Positions 17,814 to 25,941 of a stretch of 64,000 nt of DNA are shown here, piece by piece. Where the stretch lies: positions 1,949 through 65,948 of IMG/VR virus record IMGVR_UViG_3300025168_000078; one strand, 5' to 3'. The first letter of the stretch is position 1, and each line of letters opens with the position of its first letter. The notes beneath the pieces are model-generated. The model worked only from the letters and a program-made list of their open reading frames with translations. It ran no database searches and was not told the DNA's origin. The translations under genes and the position numbers were made by a program. Origin of the DNA: a virus. Taxonomy: Duplodnaviria > Caudoviricetes.

Positions 17814-18591
17814 TTATTAAAATCTCTTTTTCATTCTCTAAATCTTCTATATCAGTTATTCTAAAGTTAAGATATGGTTGTGTATTATCAAGATTAAAAA
17901 ACTTATATTTTTCTGTGGTTATGTCGTATACACCGTACCCATGATTTTTAATACTTTCTCCAAAGTTTTGAATTATCATTGAACCTACCATATACGCTTT
18001 TTTATTACCTGGAATCTTGAATGTTTGTTTTTTATGAATGTCCCCAGCTAATACAACATCACAACCAGTAAACCTGTCAACACTGTAACCATCAGTAAAT
18101 ACAAACCCAAAATCATTAGAAGCTCCTTCAATGGGTCCATGAAAAAGACCTATTTTATATAACGGACTGTCTTGGGGTATGTCAGGACTTACATTGTGGT
18201 TTCTTAGTGAGTAAACACACCACAATACATTGTTATCCTCATAGCACCCTTTTTCTTTATAATAAACTATATTTTCGTTATTTAGACTGTCTATAATTGG
18301 TGAGATTGCATCTAGTCTATCCATGTTGTTTTCTAAAAAATCATGATTACCAATAAGATATATACATTTACAGATTTTTGCGGTTTCTTTCATAAACCAA
18401 GACATTAAACTTATCAATTCTGGTGTCATTTGGTTTTTGGAATGTACGAAATCTCCAGTAAAAACTATTCTATCTGGTTTTAAATCTTTCCATTTAGTTA
18501 ATGCTAAGTCTAGAACTTTTTTATCTCTATTATGTTGTTTGTATAATTTAAGATGTAGGTCCGAATAATGTATTATTTTATTTATTTCCAT
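17806..18591 (-). CDS. sbcD: SbcD/Mre11 (gp47-like) metallophosphoesterase nuclease
   Basis: SDLH, GDFVH, GNHD, FHG and GDIH motifs; GS..QNFGE. Confidence 0.88.
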   Translation of the reverse strand: MEINKIIHYSDLHLKLYKQHNRDKKVLDLALTKWKDLKPDRIVFTGDFVHSKNQMTPELISLMSWFMKETAKICKCIYLIGNHDFLENNMDRLDAISPIIDSLNNENIVYYKEKGCYEDNNVLWCVYSLRNHNVSPDIPQDSPLYKIGLFHGPIEGASNDFGFVFTDGYSVDRFTGCDVVLAGDIHKKQTFKIPGNKKAYMVGSMIIQNFGESIKNHGYGVYDITTEKYKFFNLDNTQPYLNFRITDIEDLENEKEILING

Positions 18592-19283
18592 AGGTCTTTT
18601 ATAGATTTTGTGTGTATCCCGAAAAACCTGAATACTAAAAGTAATATTATATTAAAACAAGTAAATATTAATATTTCCAGCCAATACCAATGAAACAAGT
18701 AGATAATATAAACTAAAAATAACATTCCACATAAAATAGACTGAGCGTTGTAGTATAACATTATTACCATATCATATAACTTTTTACTGGTCTTATATAA
18801 CCAGGTTAAACCCGTTAGTGGGTGTGTGTCTGTTTGTGCCCTATATTTAACATCTTTAACCAATACCAGTACCATATATAGAATTACAGATATACAAATT
18901 AAAGGTAACAATGCGTAATAAATAAAAAATGCTAGTGTTGGTATGTACATTATTTTTAAGTCTGTGAATGTGTCGGCCTCATCAGATTTTAGTTCGGGTA
19001 ATTCTACCCATATATCCTCTTCTTCACCATATATTTTTTTAAGTAGTTCTACCCTATGATTCCCATCTAAAATTTCATACCTACCTAATTTATTTCTAGA
19101 TGGTCTTACTTTTATAAATCCGTATTTTTCTGTGTCGTAACCTTTTTTAATTATACTATTCTCCAATCCACCCCAACCATACGGAAGTGCAATTTTTTTA
19201 ATTCTTTGTATCCAATTGGTGGAGTCAAACCTACCGTCTATTTGGTTTAATTTTACCTTAACTATATCTCCTAAGTTATTCAT
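18582..19283 (-). CDS. ParB/Srx-like N-terminal domain fused to multi-TM region
   Basis: IKVR...YEILDGNHRV motif; 3-4 hydrophobic helices in the C-terminal half. Confidence 0.7.
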   Translation of the reverse strand: MNNLGDIVKVKLNQIDGRFDSTNWIQRIKKIALPYGWGGLENSIIKKGYDTEKYGFIKVRPSRNKLGRYEILDGNHRVELLKKIYGEEEDIWVELPELKSDEADTFTDLKIMYIPTLAFFIYYALLPLICISVILYMVLVLVKDVKYRAQTDTHPLTGLTWLYKTSKKLYDMVIMLYYNAQSILCGMLFLVYIIYLFHWYWLEILIFTCFNIILLLVFRFFGIHTKSIKDLWK

Positions 19284-20047
19284 TTTTTCATTATTTTTAG
19301 TATTTCTTCACTAAAATCATAACATTTTATAATTTTGTACGTGTCATTATTCTCATTAAACCAAACTATATAGTTATCACCTAACTGTAATTCAGTATTT
19401 CGTTCTACTATTAATTTATAAAACGATAGTTGGAGTGAGTATGTATTTAATTCGCAGACGTCAAGGTGTGATAGTGGTTCTTTAAATTGTTGCCATTTAT
19501 TTTTATCTTTTATAGCTTTATTGGTTTTCCAATCCCATATTTCTAATTTCTTAGATTTTTCATTGTAGAATAGTTGGTCAATCATTCCCGTAACACCCCA
19601 TTCAACATCACCAACCACTACCTCCGCTCTAACAGGTATTAACCTACCAAATGATTTGTCATAAAATTCTTTAAACATTACTTGTAGGGTTGTGACAGCT
19701 TCCTTACAGGTTAACATATTCTCTACACTACCTAACATTTCGGTTATTTTATGTTCTGGGAATGGGAATAATTTATTAGTTAAAAAATTTTCTGCATATT
19801 CATGAAAAGCGGAGCCTTTTTCACATGAAAAGTCTGCTTTATATTTCCATTCTTTTAATATTTCTTCTTTAGTAATTCCTCTTTCATCTGCTTTTTTTTG
19901 TGACCAATATTCCTTATCAAAAGGATGTTTATAGTCAGATAAGATTCCTGTTACTGATTTTGTTTTAACCCCATCTAAATAATAGATATGTTCTTTATCA
20001 TGAAACTTAATATTATTAAATTTAGCTAATTCTTTTGTTATCTTCAT
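19280..20047 (-). CDS. PD-(D/E)XK exonuclease
   Basis: SVTG, GSAFH, GMIDQL, IWDWKT, YSLQLSFY. Confidence 0.88.
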   Translation of the reverse strand: MKITKELAKFNNIKFHDKEHIYYLDGVKTKSVTGILSDYKHPFDKEYWSQKKADERGITKEEILKEWKYKADFSCEKGSAFHEYAENFLTNKLFPFPEHKITEMLGSVENMLTCKEAVTTLQVMFKEFYDKSFGRLIPVRAEVVVGDVEWGVTGMIDQLFYNEKSKKLEIWDWKTNKAIKDKNKWQQFKEPLSHLDVCELNTYSLQLSFYKLIVERNTELQLGDNYIVWFNENNDTYKIIKCYDFSEEILKIMKK

Positions 20048-20958
20048 AATAGTTGTATTTTTTTTAAACTTTCTACCCCACCTAAGTCACCAATATCTTT
20101 ATCTTTGGGTGGTTTAGTTAACCATATTTTATTTGTGAGTCTTCCTCCGTCTAACTTTCTATATAGTTTCCTAGCGTCTTCCCAAGCATCCCCATCTAAA
20201 CATATTATAATATTTTTTTTAGCGTTGTCATATAATTTACCCCATAATTTATCACTAACACTTTTACCTAAAACTGGGATAGAATTATCAACAAATACCA
20301 TATCAAAAACCCCTTCGACCAAATATATGTCTTTTTCCCAATCTATTAAATGTTCATTAAAAATTATTTTATCTTTTTCAGCTTCTGGATTTTTATACTT
20401 ATTTTTATGTCCAACATACGACCTAGAAACAAAATAATTAATTTCACCTTTATCATCAAAAGATGGTACTATTATCCTACCCCTATATTTTCCTTCTGTG
20501 GTATAACCAATGGAGTGTTTTATAATCATTTCATTAGTTATATTCCTTTTTAGGAGGTAGTTGTAGGCTTCTTTGTACGGTATTGTCAATTTATTTGCTT
20601 TGGTGAATGAAATGTATTCTTTTGGTAGTTTTACATCTTCGTACTTTCTAATAGTTTTTTTTATAAAGTCCCCACCTATTAGTTCCCAAGTAGATTTATG
20701 CCTTTTGTTACCCCACTTTAAAAATAATTTATTTAAAGACCCGTGAGTATTGTAAACTTCTGAACAAGCCCAACACTTATAAACACCCTGTGCGTAATTA
20801 ACTTCAAAATTACCCTTACCATCCCCCTTATCCAAACCCTTAATGTCATAAGAACAAACTGGACAATCAAATGATATTTGAGAGTTATTTGGGTAGTGTG
20901 AATTTATTTCACCTAAAACTTCTTGTAATAATTCTAATAATAGTGGGGAGTCATCCAT
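20044..20958 (-). CDS. dnaG: DNA primase (Zn finger + TOPRIM)
   Basis: CPVC...CWAC, YLLKR, RIIVP, KYKNP, VEGVFD, LDGDA. Confidence 0.9.
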   Translation of the reverse strand: MDDSPLLLELLQEVLGEINSHYPNNSQISFDCPVCSYDIKGLDKGDGKGNFEVNYAQGVYKCWACSEVYNTHGSLNKLFLKWGNKRHKSTWELIGGDFIKKTIRKYEDVKLPKEYISFTKANKLTIPYKEAYNYLLKRNITNEMIIKHSIGYTTEGKYRGRIIVPSFDDKGEINYFVSRSYVGHKNKYKNPEAEKDKIIFNEHLIDWEKDIYLVEGVFDMVFVDNSIPVLGKSVSDKLWGKLYDNAKKNIIICLDGDAWEDARKLYRKLDGGRLTNKIWLTKPPKDKDIGDLGGVESLKKIQLL

Positions 20959-20965
20959 GAATATA

Positions 20966-20994
20966 AAGGTATGGAATTTTTAAATACTAGTCAA
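20966..20994 (-). promoter_or_regulatory. TTGACT-N17-TACCTT promoter, 7 nt before primase ATG
   Basis: Read directly. Confidence 0.65.
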
Positions 20995-21591
20995 TTACCA
21001 AATTGTTTTTTGTTTCATTTGACCTAGAACACATGTGTAAGCATCTGACATGTCGTAATTTTCTTTTTTTAATGTATTGTTTCTAGTATAAACCCAAGTA
21101 AGGTGAGACTCTTTATCGGAAACTTTTTGCCATATAATATGTTTTTTATCACAACCCTTACTATACCCCCCAAATAAAACTTTTTTACCTTTTTTATTTT
21201 CAGTGTATAGGTCTGGAAAAGCAAATTTTCTAGAATCGTATGTAGATATAAATTCTGGTATGATACCTAAAACTTCATATATAACTCTAGTTATTAAAGA
21301 ATTATACCTAATTAAAGTTGCTACTGTTCTAACATTATTAGAACTGATTAATGGTTCTTCAATTATTACTTTAGTGATTCCAAATTTTTGGTAGTCGGTA
21401 AGTTTCTCTTTAAACTGATTTGCTTTGGCCATCATCTCCTCAATTTTATTTTCTGGCTTGGGTTTAATTTTTGGTGAGAAGTGGGTCAACTCTAAAAGTT
21501 CCTGTTTCTCGATGTCAAAAAGTGCCCATCCTATAGTTTTAGTAGATATGTCTAAACCAAGTACCTTTGGTCTTTTTCCAATTTTAGTCAT
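20995..21591 (-). CDS. RuvC-like Holliday junction resolvase
   Basis: LGLDISTKTIGWA, VIIEE, DMSDA RNase H-fold acidic residues. Confidence 0.8.
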   Translation of the reverse strand: MTKIGKRPKVLGLDISTKTIGWALFDIEKQELLELTHFSPKIKPKPENKIEEMMAKANQFKEKLTDYQKFGITKVIIEEPLISSNNVRTVATLIRYNSLITRVIYEVLGIIPEFISTYDSRKFAFPDLYTENKKGKKVLFGGYSKGCDKKHIIWQKVSDKESHLTWVYTRNNTLKKENYDMSDAYTCVLGQMKQKTIW

Positions 21592-21601
21592 GTACTAAAT
21601 A

Positions 21602-22789
21602 TTAGAATTTTAATTTTAAAGTCAAGTTTACTGGTGTATTTTTTGTCTTTTTTATAGGTCTATCTGGTTTAGCTATGGCTAATAATCTATCTTGCCCATC
21701 ATATAATCCTATTTCAGTTATATATGATGAAGATATATCTGATAGGTCCCATATTTGATTAACATCACCAAAAGGTGTTTTAAATTGTATACCACTGTCT
21801 TCACCACCAGCCCCATAGTATGGTGATTCAGAACTTGCTGCGGTTTGATTTTCTGTTATATAGAATTCTCCAGAATCAGCAACCACATTAATTGACATAA
21901 TCCATTCTTTTTCGAAAGAGTAGTAACTACAGGAAGCGGAAGTAGCACCAGTAAAATGTACCTGTGTGAAGGCTGAAGAGTTACCACCATATGTCTGAGA
22001 CCCACCACTTGATGCTCCTGAAAACATAAACCCTGGTAATGCAACATTATTAGTTGTTAAAGCAGAACTACTTAAAACTATAAATCCTTTATCTAGATAA
22101 CAAATACCTACTGGTTTATCGTTAGTTTGTGCGTAAGCTTTTGGTGTGTTACTACTAGATATGGTATTACCAAACCTAAAGTTATCCGTACCCCCACCTA
22201 CGTAACCGTTAGGTGTTAAACCTTCTTGCCATCCGTTTGCCCAACTAGTAATTGTGGAATTAGAAGCCGATAAGGTTGGGCCCCCCATTTCATCACAAAA
22301 TAGAAAAGCTATATTAGACGATGGTATTCCAGGTCTACCAACCAAACTTCCGGATATTATTGGATTTCCAAAATATTCTGCTTGACTGGAGTTGTCTGAA
22401 GATGTGGGAATTGGTTCGTAATAAGAACTATACATGTCATATGTACCACCACTGTTGTTTGGGATTACTAATTTTATAGTTCTACCGTCTATTAGTTCCC
22501 CATAGGTGTTATTAGGTATATCTACAACTATAATATCAGCAACATTTAACCCACTCATACCGGTATTTACCCAACTAGAAGTATAATTAGTTGTCTGTGC
22601 GGAATTAGTTGGTAGGTTAAATGAAGTGTATAGATTAGAGAATGCTCTACCATTAGTTGCACTTCTTTGTACCGAGGTAAATGTTAAATTTGTACCACTT
22701 ATTGTATTCCATCCGGTGCCTGCACTGAAAGGAACTAGAACAGCTTCTATAGTTTTTTGATTTGTTTGTATTTTCTTTAATTTTCCCAT
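21602..22789 (-). CDS. virion structural protein with tail-collar-like C-terminus
   Basis: ITEIGLYDGQDRLLAIAKPDRPIKK; S/T/G/N-rich. Confidence 0.75.
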   Translation of the reverse strand: MGKLKKIQTNQKTIEAVLVPFSAGTGWNTISGTNLTFTSVQRSATNGRAFSNLYTSFNLPTNSAQTTNYTSSWVNTGMSGLNVADIIVVDIPNNTYGELIDGRTIKLVIPNNSGGTYDMYSSYYEPIPTSSDNSSQAEYFGNPIISGSLVGRPGIPSSNIAFLFCDEMGGPTLSASNSTITSWANGWQEGLTPNGYVGGGTDNFRFGNTISSSNTPKAYAQTNDKPVGICYLDKGFIVLSSSALTTNNVALPGFMFSGASSGGSQTYGGNSSAFTQVHFTGATSASCSYYSFEKEWIMSINVVADSGEFYITENQTAASSESPYYGAGGEDSGIQFKTPFGDVNQIWDLSDISSSYITEIGLYDGQDRLLAIAKPDRPIKKTKNTPVNLTLKLKF

Positions 22790-22790
22790 T

Positions 22791-23222
22791 TTAATACCAT
22801 TGTTTATAATTATTTGAGTTAGGACGTACGTCTAAACTTAAGGACGCTCTACCAACAAAGTAAAGTTTTACCATATGAAAAGGGCTAGCGTCAGTTGTAG
22901 CGTTATCATTTTGTTGGGTCCCTGGAAAAACTTTTGTAGCTGTGAGTTGCGTATTTCCTGGATAATCTGTAAACATAATCTTTCCTTTGTCTGGTGGACT
23001 CACCACAGATATATATTTAGATGCTTTGTATTGTGCTCCATATTCACCAGGTGTACCAAAAAACTCTAGACCACTTTTTGCTTTTACAAAATCCACAAAT
23101 CTATTTCTTCCACCAGGTACATTTTGTGTATCAAAATAAAGTAATGGAACTCTTTGTGCATTCTTACTATTCTCAGTAAAATTACTGTGTTTTCTATACC
23201 AATTTAATGCATTTATATTCAT
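22791..23222 (-). CDS. hypothetical (probable structural) protein
   Basis: 143-aa ORF in the structural operon. Confidence 0.65.
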   Translation of the reverse strand: MNINALNWYRKHSNFTENSKNAQRVPLLYFDTQNVPGGRNRFVDFVKAKSGLEFFGTPGEYGAQYKASKYISVVSPPDKGKIMFTDYPGNTQLTATKVFPGTQQNDNATTDASPFHMVKLYFVGRASLSLDVRPNSNNYKQWY

Positions 23223-23228
23223 AATTTT

Positions 23229-25112
23229 TTATATTTGTTGACCACTTATTAATTTTCTAAATAGAGCTTTTCCACCACTAGTTTGCCACGCATATGTGGA
23301 TGCACTAACAAACCCATACCCTCTTGGGTCTTGTGAGTACGAACTTTGGTCGGCTCCTGCTTCACCATAAAATCTAATTGTCGAGTTATCAAAAACCCTA
23401 TAATAGTTTTGGGACATTAGGTTATTATAGGATATGGATTGTTTTACAGCATCTTTATTAAATTTAAACCTTACTGTTACTTTACATGGGGTTGCGTTAG
23501 GTGAATCTAACGAATGTACATTCCAAGTAATAGGTATTGATATGTTATAAGAACTTATACCTGTACCACTTAACCCTCCTTTGAATCCACCAGTGTATGT
23601 ATCTGTTTTCCAAAAGCTATTTAGTTGTCCTGCGACATTAAGAAAAATATCATCACTCATTTTCATCATTCTAGTACCTAAAGTATAATATGGTTCTTGT
23701 TGTGCAACAACTTTATTAGCTTCTATTCTGTTACCATTATCACGTGATGGATAAATATTAAAATAAGGTGCTCCTGATTTATATCCTTGTTGGGATTGTA
23801 CCCAATTAGATGTATATTCTAGTCCACCCACTAAAAGACCATATGTGTCTGATGGGTGTGTTGTTGTGGTTATATTTATCCCCTTTGCTTCTTGGTTATT
23901 AATATTAACATACTCTCCTTGATTCTTTGTTAATCTTTTAAGTTTTATTGGGTAGTATGTCGGACTTAACTCACTTGTTGCTACATTTAGTACTAGTCTT
24001 GCGGATGTAATAGTTGTGTTTATGTTGGAGTATCCATTTGCCCCTAGTTGTGCGGTGTCGGTAGTTAAACTACTTTCCATATCTACAGATGTTACGAACC
24101 CAACAAACACATTTTTAATATTATCGACTTGTGTGGACCATCCATCCATCATACTAGTCATATTAAAGATTGGGTAGGATTCCCCATTTTGATTCCATAC
24201 ATTTATCCCTCCACTATTTAAATAACCAACATCAAACGCGGCAAATCCTATCCCAGCATTCCCAGCTCCCTTAACATATCTAGTATTCGTTGCGTTAATT
24301 CCTGGTGAAAATACCATTGAGAACGGAGAAGCTATTTTTGTACCTTTTAGGTTGGTTTGCGAGAAGTCTATCCCGGTGTGTTCTCCTCTACCCATAAATG
24401 CTCCACCAGCTAAAGCCAACGCATTATAGTACGAATCGTCTTTTTGTGGAACTAATTTAACATTTTCACTTTTTAATGTTGTTCCATTATATACTTTAAC
24501 ACTATCCCAAAAATCTAAATACTGACCTATCCCGTGTTCACTTAAATCATTTAATAAAGTTAAATATTCATTATTACTTTTTACGTTTAAAACGTCATTA
24601 TAATAATTAGTTACTGAGTCACTTATTCCTGTAGGGTCACTTGAGAGTATGTCTTTGTGGTCATCCACATATCTTAGACTTAACAGTTTATTTAGTACAA
24701 AATAGTCATGTAGGTAAACATCTATCTCTACATTATCTCTATAGTGTTTTACTAAGTTATCACTCCCTCTAAATCCTATAGCGACATAGGTTTTTGGGCT
24801 CGCAATAATTTTATTGTTTTGTGGTGTACTCCAAACAAAGTTATTTAACTTGTATCCGTTATTTACGGCTTGTCTAAAGTTTGTTAGATTACCCGTTACA
24901 TTTGGTAGGTAACCTAATTGTGCCGAATCATTACTGGTATTTGTACTATCTGCATGTATTTGTGTATTCCTATAATCTATATCCCCATCAGAAATACCAA
25001 ATTTATCAAATAAATCCATAACCTGAGTTCCAGAGTTTAGCATTTTATTACGCCCCTCATCAGTTAGAGTTAACCTCAATGTTATAGTGGTTGCACTATC
25101 TATATATCCCAT
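23229..25112 (-). CDS. virion structural protein (LTxxGR...FxxSDxDxDY N-module)
   Basis: MGYID...LTDEGRNKM...KFGISDGDIDY. Confidence 0.75.
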   Translation of the reverse strand: MGYIDSATTITLRLTLTDEGRNKMLNSGTQVMDLFDKFGISDGDIDYRNTQIHADSTNTSNDSAQLGYLPNVTGNLTNFRQAVNNGYKLNNFVWSTPQNNKIIASPKTYVAIGFRGSDNLVKHYRDNVEIDVYLHDYFVLNKLLSLRYVDDHKDILSSDPTGISDSVTNYYNDVLNVKSNNEYLTLLNDLSEHGIGQYLDFWDSVKVYNGTTLKSENVKLVPQKDDSYYNALALAGGAFMGRGEHTGIDFSQTNLKGTKIASPFSMVFSPGINATNTRYVKGAGNAGIGFAAFDVGYLNSGGINVWNQNGESYPIFNMTSMMDGWSTQVDNIKNVFVGFVTSVDMESSLTTDTAQLGANGYSNINTTITSARLVLNVATSELSPTYYPIKLKRLTKNQGEYVNINNQEAKGINITTTTHPSDTYGLLVGGLEYTSNWVQSQQGYKSGAPYFNIYPSRDNGNRIEANKVVAQQEPYYTLGTRMMKMSDDIFLNVAGQLNSFWKTDTYTGGFKGGLSGTGISSYNISIPITWNVHSLDSPNATPCKVTVRFKFNKDAVKQSISYNNLMSQNYYRVFDNSTIRFYGEAGADQSSYSQDPRGYGFVSASTYAWQTSGGKALFRKLISGQQI

Positions 25113-25164
25113 ATTATTATCCTATTATTATATAATTATCTTGTTATTTGATTTCTGTTATATT

Positions 25165-25941
25165 TTAAACACATTTTAAACAGTCCCCGTTACAAGGTGA
25201 TTTATTTCCTAAATGTTCACAAAGCAAACAAAAAACTTCTTTATCTGAACAAAAATTATTTATGTCTACATTATTAAATTTCATACATTCCATAAAACTA
25301 GTTAAATCTAATATATCTACCTTACCATCACCATTAAAATCTCCCATTAACTCCTCACCCTCATAATTGTTTGCTCCTACAAAATTTAACATGGTTTTTA
25401 AATCCGTAATATCTATCTGACCATCAGTATTGAAGTCTGCACATGTTATACAATATGATGGGTAATAGTTAGTTACATTTTTACCTAGTGTCCAACAACT
25501 ACTCTCCATTCCACTTTCGGGGTTATCTATTTCCCCGTATTTCGGTTGTGGTGTGTACGTATGCCATAAAGTAGAGTTTACTGGATTTACTCCATAACAT
25601 GTTTCATGTAATCTAACCGCCCCATTTTTTACATCACATCGTGGACCTACCATTACCGAAGTTGTAGTTCCATATGTTGTTGATAGTGTTGTCGGTTCTC
25701 CACCTCTTAAATCCGGTAAATCATAAAAACAAGAACCTGTAAGTGCACTTAATGTTAGTTGATTAACACAATTACCGTCACCTACAAATCTTCTATAGTC
25801 TATATCAGAATCCGACAACCCAAATTTATCTAACGCACTAAAAAACCCACCAGTACTTAACACACTTTTGCCATAATCTGACAAATACATTCTAAATGTA
25901 TTGCCCGATAAAGTATTATTATGTATATTTAAATAACCCAT
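25165..25941 (-). CDS. structural protein with C-terminal dockerin-like (paired Ca-loop) domain
   Basis: Same N-module; ADFNTDGQIDITDL and GDFNGDGKVDILDL. Confidence 0.8.
   Translation of the reverse strand: MGYLNIHNNTLSGNTFRMYLSDYGKSVLSTGGFFSALDKFGLSDSDIDYRRFVGDGNCVNQLTLSALTGSCFYDLPDLRGGEPTTLSTTYGTTTSVMVGPRCDVKNGAVRLHETCYGVNPVNSTLWHTYTPQPKYGEIDNPESGMESSCWTLGKNVTNYYPSYCITCADFNTDGQIDITDLKTMLNFVGANNYEGEELMGDFNGDGKVDILDLTSFMECMKFNNVDINNFCSDKEVFCLLCEHLGNKSPCNGDCLKCV

Noticed and set aside
19280-20047. Cas4 / CRISPR adaptation gene
   Set aside because: Lacks the Fe-S cysteine cluster; no array or cas1; fits an ordinary phage exonuclease.
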